Assembly: GCA_963760795.1 (NCBI GenBank)
Contig: CAVXEP010000002.1
Location: 64,001 to 128,000, forward strand
DNA from: an uncultured delta proteobacterium
GTDB lineage: Bacteria > Desulfobacterota > Binatia > UBA9968
Length of the DNA stretch: 64,000 nt
Reading direction: 5' to 3'
Positions 1-12,095 of the stretch are shown here, piece by piece. Made by a program: the position numbers and the translations under genes. The number at the start of each line of letters is the position of its first letter. Positions within the stretch are counted from its first letter, which is position 1. The notes under the pieces are model-generated. The model was given only the letters and a program-made list of their open reading frames with translations, did not search any database and was not told the DNA's origin.

Positions 1-423
1 GCCCGCCCATTCTTCGAGCAGCCAGTCGTTGTAGGCTTGCACACAAGCGAGCTCCAATTCGCCATCTTCGATGCGGCCGAAATTTTGCCCGCCAATCCCG
101 GCCACGGTTGGATAGAGCACCGCATAGTCGATGCCCGCCGCGTCCATCGCTTTTATACGTTCCTTGGGATCGTAGACGACCGCGGGCACGTCGGTCCAAC
201 GCTGCGGGTTTTCCGTTCGCTGTGACATCAGCGCACCGCAATCGGCGACGCCAGCCAACGCAATCTCGCGCCCGTCGATCAACCACCGCTCCTTGCCGTT
301 AGAATTTTTTGCCACATGCGGAATACGCTCGCCCCACTTGGCCCGCGACAAGCGCCTGGTCCACACCTCGGGATGTTCCTGGACATGTTCGTCGACACTG
401 ATGAATTTATTGTTGGTTGGCAT
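1..423 (-). CDS. Amidohydrolase family protein (Amidohydro_2-like), runs off the window edge
   Basis: Manual translation from ATG 423: MPTNNKFISVDEHVQEHPEVWTRRLS...VYDPKERIKAMDAAGIDYAVLYP...ACVQAYNDWL; paralogous to 566-1717. Confidence 0.85.
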   Translation of the reverse strand, partial: MPTNNKFISVDEHVQEHPEVWTRRLSRAKWGERIPHVAKNSNGKERWLIDGREIALAGVADCGALMSQRTENPQRWTDVPAVVYDPKERIKAMDAAGIDYAVLYPTVAGIGGQNFGRIEDGELELACVQAYNDWLLEEWAG

Positions 424-466
424 GCAAGTGTTTCTTTCGCCTAAATAGGGTTCCGCAATTACCCGA

Positions 467-547
467 GTCATTCCGGCGTAAACCGGAATCCAGCATTCGA
501 ACCAACCCCGCAACAACAACCTGGATGTCGGTTTTCACCGGCATGAC
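467..547. repeat. REP-like palindromic element, family A (GTCATTCCGGCG..CCGGAATCCAG...CTGGAT..CCGGCATGAC)
   Basis: Two inverted hairpin halves; related copies at 30529-30606 and 44731-44757. Confidence 0.75.
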
Positions 548-565
548 GGAAAAGAACTAGATTAT

Positions 566-1717
566 TCAAGCCACCCCATACAGCCGCAGCGCGTTGCCGT
601 AACACATTTTCTTGCGCTCATCTTCCGGCACGCCGGCCAGCGAATCCTCGACAAAACTCCACGAGCGCGGATAAGTCGCGGCGATATGCGGATAGTCCGA
701 CTCCCACATGATATTGTCGACACCGACCCACTCGCGCAATTCGATACCGGCCTTCTCGTACCAGAAGTCGACGTAGATTTGCCGGCGAAACACTTCGCTG
801 GGCCGAGTGTTGATGCCTTCCTTCCACAGCTGCCGCGTCTCCCATTCGTGATCGCTGGCTTCGAGCACATAGCTCACCCAGCCAAAACCGGTTTCGGCGC
901 AGGCCCAGTTGAGGCGCGGATGGCGATCGAGGATGCCGGAAAATATTAAATTGGGGATCAGTTGCGCCGGCGTCGCGCACAAGCGCGAAGTCGATACCGT
1001 ATGCAATTCTTTTTTAGTGAAACCGTTCCACTTGGGCAGCGACAACTGCTCGACCAGACCCGACGAACCATGCCAGTGCATCGGTACGCCCAAGGCGGCG
1101 CAGCAAGCCCAGAGCGGCTCCCAAAACGGATCGTTCATGCGCTTGAGCCCTTTCTTGGTAAACGCCGGCTCGGCCAACATCACCACGCCGCGGTGGCCGC
1201 GCTTGACCGAGCGCTCGACCTCGGCGACGACCACGTCGATCTCGCTCATGTAAGGAATGATCGCCACCGGCACATAACGGTCGCTGACCTCGCGCCATTC
1301 CGCCAGGGCATCGTTATACGCCTGCACGCAGGCGAGCTCGAACTCGGCATCGGCCTGAAGAAACGCGAAGTTCGACACCGGCCCGTTCGGATAGAGCACC
1401 TCGCCGTCGACCCGATCTTCGTCCAGCGCGTTTAGCCGCGCGGCGGGATCGTAGACGATATCCGGCACTTCCTGCCAGCGCCGCGGATAATAGCCGCGCG
1501 CCACGCCGCCCGGCATCGCCGCCGGACAGTTGCACACCCACTCGCTGCGCACCTTGCCGTTGACCATCCAGCGGTCGACCTGCTTGCCGTCCTCGTCGAC
1601 CTCGACGATCTGCGGTATGCGTTCGCCCCATTTATGCTTGGACATTCTCTTCGTCCAAGCATCGCGGTCCAACTGCGCATGGGAATCACAGCTAAACAGA
1701 CCAAATTTAACTTCCAC
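566..1717 (-). CDS. Amidohydrolase family protein
   Basis: DSH N-terminal metal motif, AYND, WESDYPH motif. Confidence 0.9.
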   Translation of the reverse strand: MEVKFGLFSCDSHAQLDRDAWTKRMSKHKWGERIPQIVEVDEDGKQVDRWMVNGKVRSEWVCNCPAAMPGGVARGYYPRRWQEVPDIVYDPAARLNALDEDRVDGEVLYPNGPVSNFAFLQADAEFELACVQAYNDALAEWREVSDRYVPVAIIPYMSEIDVVVAEVERSVKRGHRGVVMLAEPAFTKKGLKRMNDPFWEPLWACCAALGVPMHWHGSSGLVEQLSLPKWNGFTKKELHTVSTSRLCATPAQLIPNLIFSGILDRHPRLNWACAETGFGWVSYVLEASDHEWETRQLWKEGINTRPSEVFRRQIYVDFWYEKAGIELREWVGVDNIMWESDYPHIAATYPRSWSFVEDSLAGVPEDERKKMCYGNALRLYGVA

Positions 1718-1740
1718 TGATCGCTCCCCCTATCCGAGGA

Positions 1741-1774
1741 TTTCAACGTTTTGAACGGCTTGAACGTTTTGAAC
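1741..1774. repeat. Short 9-bp tandem repeat (TTGAACGNN-like)
   Basis: tttcaacgttttgaacggcttgaacgttttgaac. Confidence 0.5.
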
Positions 1775-1785
1775 TGACCTATATT

Positions 1786-2794
1786 TCATCGTCCCAAAAA
1801 AATCTCGTTGAACTGTTTGATATGTTTCCCCGCGTCGCCCTCATACTTGATGACATGGGGCGCCTGCTCGATGAGTTCGGCGACGCGCTTGGAATCCGCC
1901 TCGACACCTTTGCGCAAAGGAATCTTGTCGATTTCCTTAAGTGCTCTTTGTCCTTCTTCCGATAGATAAAAGTCAACCAGTAGGCGCGCCGCGTTAGAAT
2001 GGGGCGCGTTCTTCGACACCGCCACCGAGGAGACTGTGGCGAACGACGGGTCCAGAGGGTATCCAATCCACCGGTCCGTTGCGCTCGCGGATTTTTTCCA
2101 GCTTGGTCACCTGCATGAACGCGACCAAGGAAAACTCACCAGCCGCCAGCAGCTGGGAAATTTTCGTATAACCGTTATGTAAGATCGGCCCCTGCTTCGA
2201 GAAGGCGCGCATGTAGGCGAGCGCTTTGTCTTCGCCGTTAAGCTCCGCCATGCCGATCAGCGGATTGTTGGTGCCGATGTGAAAGGCCATCTTGTTTTTG
2301 TATTCCGGCTTCAAGTAGTCGGCATAACGGCGCGGCGCCGCCTTGACGTTGATTTGCGAAGTGTTCACGCCGGTCACCAAAACATCCGTCGTGATCCCCG
2401 ACCAGAACCCTTTCGGGTCCATGAAACCCTTGTGAATGAACTTCGCTTCCGGACTGGTGTAGTTCGCCAGCACGCCAATATCGCGCAGATAGTTCATCGA
2501 GTCGGGGCTGACACCGTAAACATCGGCGAGATGCTTGCCGGCGCGAAACTCCGCCACCGCGCGGGAAACCAATGTCGCCGCGCCCAGACGCACATGATTC
2601 ACTTTCAAAAATGGATACCTTTTGACCAACGCCTTGTGAAATACCTGGAAGTCCGACACCACCATGGTGGTGTAGAGCACCACTTCGCCTTCCTTGCGGG
2701 CGTGATCGATCTCCGCCGCCGCGGAGCCCATTGCCCATGCGACAGAAGACATCAGCAGCATTGTAATGAATCGAATCATGACAATCCCCTTCAT
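1786..2794 (-). CDS. ABC transporter substrate-binding protein, Fe/thiamine/SBP_bac_6-like; frameshifted near 2030-2040
   Basis: ORFs 1994-2794 and 1786-2025 join; signal peptide, ARKEGEVVLYT, APHSNAARLLVDFYLSEEGQ. Confidence 0.8.
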
Positions 2795-2814
2795 CTAATG
2801 CTTCAAGACGTCAC

Positions 2815-3849
2815 TCACACGTAGTCCGCATGCTCGCCCTGGTGCGTCAGTGACAATCCCAGATTGTCCATCGCCAACCGCGTGTTGATGCCGAGGATGC
2901 GCAACGGCTCCGTGCCGGTGTTGAAATACTGGTGCCACTGAAACACCGGGATCGACAAGACATCGAGCGTATCGAAGTCGAAGGCTTTGTCCTCGACGAT
3001 CACCCTGCCCTTGCCGCCGACGATCAGATTGATCTCGTCGTAGAGATGCCGGTGCGCGCCGGAGCGTTTGCCCGGCGGAATCTCCGCCATCACCACACCG
3101 AGCGCTTTGGCGTGAAAACCGATGCGCGGATCGACGACGTAGGCGAGATTGCCCATCGCCGTCGGTTCGAAGACCAAGTCTTTCTGCTTGACCAACACTT
3201 TGCTGTCACGTCGCAGCTGCTCCTCATGCATGGCAAAGGCAACCTGCTCGGCATACATCTCTGCGGCACGGTTGCTGCCGACTTTGCCGTTATCGATGGA
3301 ACCGCCACCGCCGGGAATCAACGTCTTGCGTGCGTCTTCGCCCTCCTGCGCGTAGATCCAGAATTCCGGAAACCGTTCATCCTCGTAGACCGCTTGGCCC
3401 AGACCCAACGACAACGGTCCAGTGGTCGAGGCGATACGCAGCACCGGTTCGTCGCCGTCGTTGACATGGCGGTGCCAGGAGAACATCGGCACGCTAAGTA
3501 AATCCCCAGGGCCCCAGTCGTAGCGCACGCCATCGATGATGCTGTGGCCCTTGCCCTTGAGAAAATAAATGATCGCTTCCACCGTGTGGCGATGGCCGAG
3601 GCCGCGCCACTCTTGGCCCTCTTCGGTGTGCGGCGGAATCACATCGTACCACAGCCGGTGCGTGTGATTGTTCGAGCCCAACCGAGCGTCGACGACGTAA
3701 ATATGTTTGTGCTCGCCCAACTGCTTTTCGATATCGGGCCACTTGAAGAGAATCTCCTGCCCCTTGCGCCGCCCCTGTTCGTCCTTGGCGAACTTGACGC
3801 TATGCATCATCAGTTCGGTATGGGTTTCTTTAATCGACTTTACTTCCAT
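2815..3849 (-). CDS. Bicupin protein (gentisate 1,2-dioxygenase-like)
   Basis: Two cupin motifs: HRHTVEA...WHRH and HRHLYDE...WHQY. Confidence 0.8.
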   Translation of the reverse strand: MEVKSIKETHTELMMHSVKFAKDEQGRRKGQEILFKWPDIEKQLGEHKHIYVVDARLGSNNHTHRLWYDVIPPHTEEGQEWRGLGHRHTVEAIIYFLKGKGHSIIDGVRYDWGPGDLLSVPMFSWHRHVNDGDEPVLRIASTTGPLSLGLGQAVYEDERFPEFWIYAQEGEDARKTLIPGGGGSIDNGKVGSNRAAEMYAEQVAFAMHEEQLRRDSKVLVKQKDLVFEPTAMGNLAYVVDPRIGFHAKALGVVMAEIPPGKRSGAHRHLYDEINLIVGGKGRVIVEDKAFDFDTLDVLSIPVFQWHQYFNTGTEPLRILGINTRLAMDNLGLSLTHQGEHADYV

Positions 3850-4051
3850 CCAATCCTCCAGACTCCAATTGTTCGCTCGCTGCCGGTAACGCTAACCCGC
3901 CACCGACGCGGCTGACTGTATAACAACGATTAAACCATGCCAAGAATCCAGCGGCGCTCTCGGTGGCGGCACTGATCACGCGGAGAATCGATGGTCACGA
4001 AACTCGGTGGCGACGGTGAAGTTAAGGGAACAGCCGGCGGTGAAGCACGCT

Positions 4052-5132
4052 TTACCGTCCGGCCAGAAAAATCTGCCGGAACTCGCGGGCGCTTTCCTCT
4101 AGCAGCGGCGCAAGAAATTCCCCGTCGGCGACGAACAACTCTTTTTCCATCAGCTCGGGAAATCTTGGTTTTACCCCTTTGCGCAATACCACGCGGCCGA
4201 AGCTTGTGACCATATTCTGGCCTTCCTCCGAAAGCGACCAATCGATCAACAGCGCCGCGGCGTGGGGATGAACCGCGTGCTTGGCGAGCAGAATCGAATT
4301 GGACAGAGCGAGATAGGGATCCAGGATCGACATGTCCAGCGGCGCGCCCCTGGATTTATAATCCAACATGGTGTTGCCCGACTGCACGATGCCGATGGCG
4401 CGTTCGCCGGCAACCAGAAGCTGGGCTTGCGCCGTGCGCCCGCGCATCATCGTCGGTTCCTGTTTCGCCAACGCGCGCATATACTGCAGCCCTTTGTCCC
4501 GGCCAAAATGCTTGAGCAGCACCGCAAACCAGTCATAGGCCTCGTTGTCGAGGTACATCTGCCCTTTCCACTTGGGCTGCAAGCAGGTCGTCGTAACTTT
4601 TCGGCACGTCGGCGCGCTTGACCAAGTTGGTGTTATAGCCCAACACCATGGTGAGGAAGGACATCGCCGTGAAATAGCCATCTTTGTCTTTCGCCGACGG
4701 CGGGTAGAAATCCCGCTGCGGCGAGAAGTACGGGTCCAGGGTACCGACTTTTTTCAGCGCCGCGGCTTCCTCCCCCGAAACATTGATAACATCGACTAAA
4801 TTTTTGCCGGCGTTCATCTCGGATTGTATGCGCACGACCACCTTGCTGCCGGAGATGCGCGCGGCATTTACTTTGAGAAATGGGTAGCGTTTTTGAAATG
4901 CCCGGGTGAACGGCTCGACCTGCGGCGGCTGCAACGAACTGTAAAAAGTCACCTCCTTCTCCGCTCGCGCGCCTTCCACGAGCGCCTTCTGCCTGGCTTC
5001 TGGAGAGAGCTTGGCGAGCTTGGCGAGCAGCGCTCCGGCGCTCTCCTGCGCCAGCACCGGCACCGGCGCCATGAAAACCATGGCGCACAGAACTGCCGAA
5101 AGATTTCCGCCGACCGCAGTTTTCATTACCAT
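4052..5132 (-). CDS. ABC transporter substrate-binding protein; frameshifted near 4585
   Basis: RBS AAGGAG before ATG 5132; ORFs 4533-5246 and 4052-4681 join at PKSYDDLL/PKWKG; paralog of 1786-2794. Confidence 0.8.
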
Positions 5133-5259
5133 ACTCCTTACGGTTGCCAAACTTTGAAAGCTAGTAATTAAGGCAGAGAAAAATCGCGCCATCATCGGGC
5201 CTCTGGGCTCACTCACCTGGCAAACTTCTATGCCGCGTCCGGTCAACCTGTCAAGGCGA

Positions 5260-6277
5260 TCATTGCCAAAGCTTGGCGACTTCAGGCAGCTTGCTCAGCG
5301 CCTGGATCACCTCTGCTGGAGTCAGTTCGGCAAGACCAGCGCGGTTTGAAAAGGACTGCGATTGCGCGCCGTCACAGGGCGAACCGTTGAGCGTGCGGCG
5401 TAGAATCGTCACCCGCGGTCCGCGCGGCGCCCACTGCCGCTCATCCGACGGACCGAAGAGCGCCACCGTGCGGCAACCAACCGCAGCGGCGAGATGGGAC
5501 ACGCCGCTATCGTTGCCGATATAAAGATCGCCGCGCGCGAGCAATGCCGCCAACTGCGCCGAGGTCGAGACCGCTAGCGACGACGCAAGCAGACGACAAT
5601 TGCTCATATCCGCCGCGTTCCATCTCGACCGGGCCAACCACGACCACAGCGCTGCCACCAAGCCGATCGCGCCACCAGTGAACGATCTGGAGAAAATGGG
5701 ATTGCGGCCAATTCTTTTCTCTAGCGCCGCTCCCGGGAGCGACAATCAGCAGCGGCTCCCTGCCAATCCCTGCGCGCCGACAGAATGCGTCGCACCAAAG
5801 CCGCGCATCGGCACGCAGCGTCACTAGCGGCGCGAAATCGTCCTGCGCCCTGCTGTTGAGACAAGAAAGATAATAGTCCGCTTGGTGGACAGGACACTGG
5901 GCCGGGCGAAACGGAAAAATCTGTGCGCGCCCCTGCGCAACAGTCTGGAGTTGGTCAACGAACACCGGCTGCTGGCTGGCGAACCAAGAATAGATCGCGG
6001 CATAGGCCGCGAAGAATTGGCTCACGCGCTGGTCGCGAGCGCCGTCGCCCATGAATAATTGGCGTACTTCGAAGCGTTCCAACGAAAGCACGCGCACGCC
6101 ATCCGGCTCGATGGCGGCAAATTCACTGCGGGCTAAAAGATCGACGGAGTATGATTTAGTTAGTTCGTGAAGCGCCGGCAAGAAACAGATAAAGTCGCCC
6201 AGCGCGCCGGGAAATAGCACACAAACTCGCGGCAAAGTCATCTGTGCGGGTAAGGTTTCGAGTGAATTCATTGACAT
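5260..6277 (-). CDS. Glycosyltransferase family 9 (LPS heptosyltransferase-like); frameshifted near 5560
   Basis: GALGDF, APGSG..KNWP, and IGNDSGVSHLAAAVG..ALFGPS in the second frame. Confidence 0.8.
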
Positions 6278-6351
6278 TAACCGTCCAAGAATATAGCATT
6301 TTGCCATTAGCAAATCTAAATTCACTCCCTTCATGAAAGTCGAGACAATCC

Positions 6352-7305
6352 GTGGCTAGCTCCAATGGTGCGCGGTCGATATTGGATCTGATCGGCTCCA
6401 CCCCCGTCGTAAAACTCAGAAGCCTTCCCGGAAAAGACGACGCCGAAGTGTGGGCCAAAATGGAATCCTTCAATCCGGGCGGATCGGTCAAGGACCGCAT
6501 TTGCTTGCACATGATCGAGACCGCCGAGCGCCAAGGCAAGATCAAGCCCGGCGCGACCATTGTCGAGTCCACCAGCGGCAATACCGGTATCGGCCTCGCG
6601 TTAATCGCGGCGGTCAAGGGTTATAAATTGATCCTTACCATGCCCGATACCATGAGCGAGGAGCGCCGCAGCCTGCTTTCGGCCTATGGCGCGCATTTGG
6701 TTCTTACACCGGACACCAAGGGCATGGGCGGCGCGATTCACAAAGCTGAAGAGCTGCTCCAGGAAAACGGCGACTTCTACATGCCGCAGCAGTTTAACAA
6801 TCCGGCCAACCCGGAGATTCACCGCAAGACCACGGCGGTTGAACTGCTCAAGCAATTCAAGCGCATCGACGCCTTTGTCGCCGGTGTCGGCACCGGCGGC
6901 ACCATTACCGGTGTCGGTGAAGTGCTCAAAGAAAAAATGAAAGGCGTCAGAATCTGTGCCGTCGAACCGGCGTCCTCGCCGGTGATTTCCGGCGGCGAAC
7001 CGGGATATCACAAAATCCAGGGCATCGGTGCCGGCTTCATTCCAGCCGTGTTGAACCGGGATATTCTCGACGAAGTGATCCTGGTAACCGACGAGGAAGC
7101 AACCCATCACGCTCGCCGACTGGCTGCCGAGGAAGGCCTGCTGGTTGGGATCTCATCGGGCGCCGCCTGCTGCGCCGCGTTAAAAGTTGCGCAAAAACTC
7201 GGCAAAGGCCATGTGGTCGTCACCCTTTTCGCCGACAAGGGCGAGCATTACCTGAGCACCGATCTTTTTAGCGACAAACGATGGACGCAAAGTTCAGCCA
7301 GCTAA
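6352..7305 (+). CDS. cysK: Cysteine synthase A
   Basis: [17 protein letters not shown]-lysine motif, [22 protein letters not shown]. Confidence 0.95.
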   Translation: MASSNGARSILDLIGSTPVVKLRSLPGKDDAEVWAKMESFNPGGSVKDRICLHMIETAERQGKIKPGATIVESTSGNTGIGLALIAAVKGYKLILTMPDTMSEERRSLLSAYGAHLVLTPDTKGMGGAIHKAEELLQENGDFYMPQQFNNPANPEIHRKTTAVELLKQFKRIDAFVAGVGTGGTITGVGEVLKEKMKGVRICAVEPASSPVISGGEPGYHKIQGIGAGFIPAVLNRDILDEVILVTDEEATHHARRLAAEEGLLVGISSGAACCAALKVAQKLGKGHVVVTLFADKGEHYLSTDLFSDKRWTQSSAS

Positions 7306-8093
7306 CCGAGATCCTGCGGCAATCGGAGCGTGCGCTGGTGGCGTTCTCCGCCGGCGTCGATTCGACATTTTTGTTGAAAGCCGCGCATCTCGCCTTGGGC
7401 GATGGCGCCATCGCGTTGACCGCTTCATCGGCATCCGTGCCACCAGGCGAGCTTGACGCGGCCAAGCATTTCGCCGCCAGCTTAGGCTGCCGCCATATCA
7501 TCCTCGACTCACACGAAATCGACAATCCTGCCTACGCGCAGAATCCGGTCAATCGTTGCTTCTTCTGCAAAGACGAGCTCTATCGGATCTGCCGCGGGCA
7601 AGCGGACAGGATGGGGATCGCAACCATCGTCGATGGCACGAACTTGGATGACCTCAAGGATCATCGGCCAGGGCTGCAAGCGGCGGATCAATGGCGCGTG
7701 CGCCACCCACTGGTCGAAGCCGGCATGACCAAGGACGACATTCGCCGCTACAGCCGTGAACTGGCTTTGCCGACCTGGGACAAACCGTCAAGCCCCTGCC
7801 TGTCGTCGCGCTTTCCCTATGGCACCGCCATCGATCTGGAAAAACTCAAGAAGGTGGGCGCCTGCGAGGTGTTTTTGAAAGGATTGGGCTTCCGTGAGTT
7901 TCGCGTGCGCTATCACGGCGATCTGGCAAGAATTGAAGTCAACCAGAACGAAATCGACCGGCTCTTCGACAAGACGATCAGAGACGCGATCGTCACACGT
8001 TTCAAAGAGGTGGGATTTAGTTTCGTGAGTCTCGACCTACAGGGCTTCCGTAGCGGCAGCTTGAACGAAGGTCTCAAAGCGCCGGCACATTAA
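7281..8093 (+). CDS. larE: ATP-dependent sulfur transferase LarE (PP-loop)
   Basis: [10 protein letters not shown]-loop, [27 protein letters not shown]; overlaps the cysK stop. Confidence 0.9.
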   Translation: MDAKFSQLTEILRQSERALVAFSAGVDSTFLLKAAHLALGDGAIALTASSASVPPGELDAAKHFAASLGCRHIILDSHEIDNPAYAQNPVNRCFFCKDELYRICRGQADRMGIATIVDGTNLDDLKDHRPGLQAADQWRVRHPLVEAGMTKDDIRRYSRELALPTWDKPSSPCLSSRFPYGTAIDLEKLKKVGACEVFLKGLGFREFRVRYHGDLARIEVNQNEIDRLFDKTIRDAIVTRFKEVGFSFVSLDLQGFRSGSLNEGLKAPAH

Positions 8094-8788
8094 GTAACCA
8101 CGCCGGCGCGGATCATTGCCTCGGCCAACAACAAATCTTCCGGCACGGTTATCTTAATATTCGTCCGCTCCCCTGGCACGACAAATACCGGTTTGTCCAT
8201 GCGCTCGACCACCATCGCGTCATCGGTCGCTTCGATACCTTCACGCGCCGCCCAATCATGGGCCGCGACGATCAACTCGCGCTGAAAAATCTGCGGCGTC
8301 TGAATTTCCCACAGGCCCGCTCTCTCCGGGGTGCTTTGAACGTAGCCGTCTGTGCTGACCTGTTTGATGGTGTCGCGGACAGCTAGGCCAACTACCGCCG
8401 CACCGTGCGCCACTGCCGCTGCGATACAAAGGTCGATGAGCGGCGCCGAAACAAACGGCCGGGCACCGTCGTGGATCATCACAACATCGGTGCTTGCACT
8501 GACCTTTTCCAGCCCATGCCTGACCGATTGCTGGCGCGTCGCGCCACCCGCGTGCAGAACATAGGGACGGCCTTTCAACGAAGAGTCGGCTTCAAGCAGC
8601 TGACGACAACGCTCGATCTCATCCGCGCTCACGACCAAGATTACCTCGGCGACCAACTGCGAGGAAAATACCCGATCCAGCGCGCGTAGGAGGAGCGGTC
8701 TCCCGGCTATTGGCAGATAACTCTTAGGAGTGGCGCCACCCATCCGGCGGCCGGCACCGGCGGCAACGATAATGGCGGTTACATGCAT
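8090..8788 (-). CDS. ispD: 2-C-methyl-D-erythritol 4-phosphate cytidylyltransferase
   Basis: AAGAGRRMG, GGATRQQSV, IHDGARP, IQTPQ, NIKIT. Confidence 0.95.
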   Translation of the reverse strand: MHVTAIIVAAGAGRRMGGATPKSYLPIAGRPLLLRALDRVFSSQLVAEVILVVSADEIERCRQLLEADSSLKGRPYVLHAGGATRQQSVRHGLEKVSASTDVVMIHDGARPFVSAPLIDLCIAAAVAHGAAVVGLAVRDTIKQVSTDGYVQSTPERAGLWEIQTPQIFQRELIVAAHDWAAREGIEATDDAMVVERMDKPVFVVPGERTNIKITVPEDLLLAEAMIRAGVVT

Positions 8789-8860
8789 CGCGGCTCCAAA
8801 ACAAAAGAGCCGAGAGGTAAGCTCTCGGCTCTTAGAAACATATTCGGTTTCGATTCGGGA

Positions 8861-9343
8861 CTAGTGCGTGAATATGTGGCGCAGCTCATCCATGATCTTC
8901 TCTTCGGAGTGGGAGCGCGCGATCGACAGCTCTTTGACCAGCAAGTTGCGTGCGGTATCGAGCATCTTTCTCTCGCCGAAAGAAAGCTCCTTATCGCCTT
9001 TGAGGACAAACAGATCGCGTAACACCTTGGCGATTTCCAAGATCGAACCGGTCTTGATCTTCTCGGTGTATTCACGATAACGTCGGTTCCAAGTCTGCTG
9101 GTCGGTTTCGACCTTCTTCGTACGCAAAACCTTATAGACCTTATTGACCATCGCCCGATCGATAATTTTGCGCAATCCCACGGAATCCACATTGTCGATG
9201 GGGATCATGATCTTCATATCGGTTTCCAAAATGCGCAGCATATAAAACTTTCGCTCCGACCCGGAGATCGTATGCGAGCGAATCGCTTCAATCTCGCCGA
9301 CACCATGGGCCGGATAAACAACCTTTTCACCTACCTTAAACAT
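8861..9343 (-). CDS. carD: CarD family RNA polymerase-binding regulator
   Basis: MFKVGEKVVYPAHGVG, WNRRYREY; RBS GGAGG before ATG 9343; carD-ispD linkage. Confidence 0.93.
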   Translation of the reverse strand: MFKVGEKVVYPAHGVGEIEAIRSHTISGSERKFYMLRILETDMKIMIPIDNVDSVGLRKIIDRAMVNKVYKVLRTKKVETDQQTWNRRYREYTEKIKTGSILEIAKVLRDLFVLKGDKELSFGERKMLDTARNLLVKELSIARSHSEEKIMDELRHIFTH

Positions 9344-9584
9344 GAGAACCTCCTCGTAAACCGAAACATTCCTGAAAACGAACCAGAGTCGATGATGGAT
9401 GGCTGAACCTAGGGGAACAATGAAAATAAGGCTGGGTGAGCTGATTACAGGAGCGACTGGCGAATCTGGCAACGGATAATTTATTTATTTGAGTCATGCC
9501 GCTCGTCGCCGTCCCTCGGTCGGGACTCCAAAAAAATAGCGGCCACCAACTTCGGACCGCCAATTAGCTGTAATCTACACGTAA

Positions 9585-9614
9585 CTTATACAACAGACGC
9601 AAACGGCGCGTCAA
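9585..9614 (-). promoter_or_regulatory. Putative sigma70 promoter of carD (TTGACG-N18-TATAAG)
   Basis: Near-consensus hexamers on the minus strand about 240 nt upstream of the carD ATG. Confidence 0.5.
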
Positions 9615-9723
9615 GCTTGGTGAGATTTTCGCCGAAAAAATAGTCGCGTCAATACTTTATGTTTGAAATATCAATGCATGGCGGGGTTAGCAAAATCGCA
9701 TCAAATTCGCTCAAAACTTCAAC

Positions 9724-10275
9724 TCATCTATCAAGTTCTAACGCCATCGTAAAAGCATCTTCGCCATCGTCGGCGTAATAGCCTTTGCGCAACCCCGTTT
9801 GGATGAAGCCTAACGACAGATAAAGCCTCTTGGCCGGCTCATTTGACTGCCGGACCTCAAGTGTCACGCGAGTCGCCGATTGGGCCCCGGCCGCGGCGAC
9901 GACTTGCTGCATTAACATGCGCGCAACGCCGAGCCGGCGGCAGTCAGAAGCGATAGCGATGTTGTGAACATCGATCGACCCTGGCAGCAGCCAAAAGAGT
10001 ACATAGCCGCAAATTTTGCCGTCGACTTCGGCGAGAATGGAGCGCGCGCAAGCCACCTGCAGCTCCTGCAAAAAGAAGCCCGAACTCCAGGGATAGCGAT
10101 ACGCCGATTGCTCAATCACCATCACCTCGTCCAAGTCATCCTTGGTCATCGGCCTGAGCAACACCGGCTGGCCGCGCACAAAAAAGCCACAGGAGTTTTC
10201 CTCATCCTGTGGCGTTGCGCTTGTCGCTAAAAATGTTTTTGTAGTTAAATCGATCGCCACACTATCCCGGTTCAA
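9724..10275 (-). CDS. rimI: Ribosomal-protein-alanine N-acetyltransferase; true start may be further downstream
   Basis: PWS, HNIAI..RRLGVA, LEVRQSNEPAKRLY..GLRKGYY..EDA. Confidence 0.85.
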   Translation of the reverse strand: MNRDSVAIDLTTKTFLATSATPQDEENSCGFFVRGQPVLLRPMTKDDLDEVMVIEQSAYRYPWSSGFFLQELQVACARSILAEVDGKICGYVLFWLLPGSIDVHNIAIASDCRRLGVARMLMQQVVAAAGAQSATRVTLEVRQSNEPAKRLYLSLGFIQTGLRKGYYADDGEDAFTMALELDR

Positions 10276-10278
10276 TCG

Positions 10279-11618
<1,340 letters not shown>

Positions 11619-11624
11619 TCAATT

Positions 11625-11653
11625 TAATTACTTGTTTCACCTCGGGAAGTCAA
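11625..11653 (-). promoter_or_regulatory. Putative sigma70 promoter of the ferredoxin fusion gene (TTGACT-N17-TAATTA)
   Basis: Hexamers with a 17-nt spacer upstream of RBS AAGGAG and ATG 11597. Confidence 0.4.
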
Positions 11654-11708
11654 TAATTTCAGCGCTTATTGCATGTCGCAAACAGAACATGTTACCTATT
11701 TCCGCTAG

Positions 11709-11784
11709 GGCGGCGTACCCAAGTGGTTAAGGGAGAGGTCTGCAAAACCTCGATGCAGCGGTTCGAATCCGCTCGCCGCCTCCA
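11709..11784 (+). tRNA. tRNA-Cys (GCA)
   Basis: Acceptor stem GGCGGCG/CGCCGCC, anticodon arm GAGGT-CTGCAAA-ACCTC, GTTCGAATCC T-loop, encoded CCA. Confidence 0.95.
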
Positions 11785-11832
11785 ATTTCCATTTGATATC
11801 GTTGACGAATCCTAGTCCTTGTCCTCATCTCA

Positions 11833-12009
11833 TTAAGAAACGTCCCGGTATTGGGCCAAGTTGAGCGGCAATACTGCGTTGATCGCCTGTTTCAATTCAT
11901 TCGATACGATAATTTCTTTGGCCTGGGCTGCGATGGCTGGTGGTTCGAACCGCTCGGTCAGCTTCGCCACCGCCAATACTTTGTGTTCTTGGGCCAGGTG
12001 GGTATAGCG
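11833..12009 (-). pseudogene. C-terminal remnant of a tyrosine integrase
   Basis: Translation RYTHLAQEHKVLAVAKL...DVS* resembles the catalytic-Tyr box of tyrosine recombinases; stop faces the tRNA 3' end. Confidence 0.5.
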
Positions 12010-12013
12010 GTTG

Positions 12014-12095
12014 ATGTGTCGCTTGGTAATGGGGCTTACCTAATTGCAGCCGTTGGCTTTAAGTATTTCTTTAAGTCGGGGCAAAAATCGCCCAT
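12014..12095 (-). pseudogene. Degenerate HicA-like toxin fragment
   Basis: Across indels it reads MGDF..PDLKK.LKANGC..SPITKRH, similar to HicA-family N-termini. Confidence 0.35.

Noticed and set aside
8090-8788. Absence of ispF after ispD as a novelty
   Set aside because: ispD and ispF are often unlinked; ispF may be elsewhere in the genome
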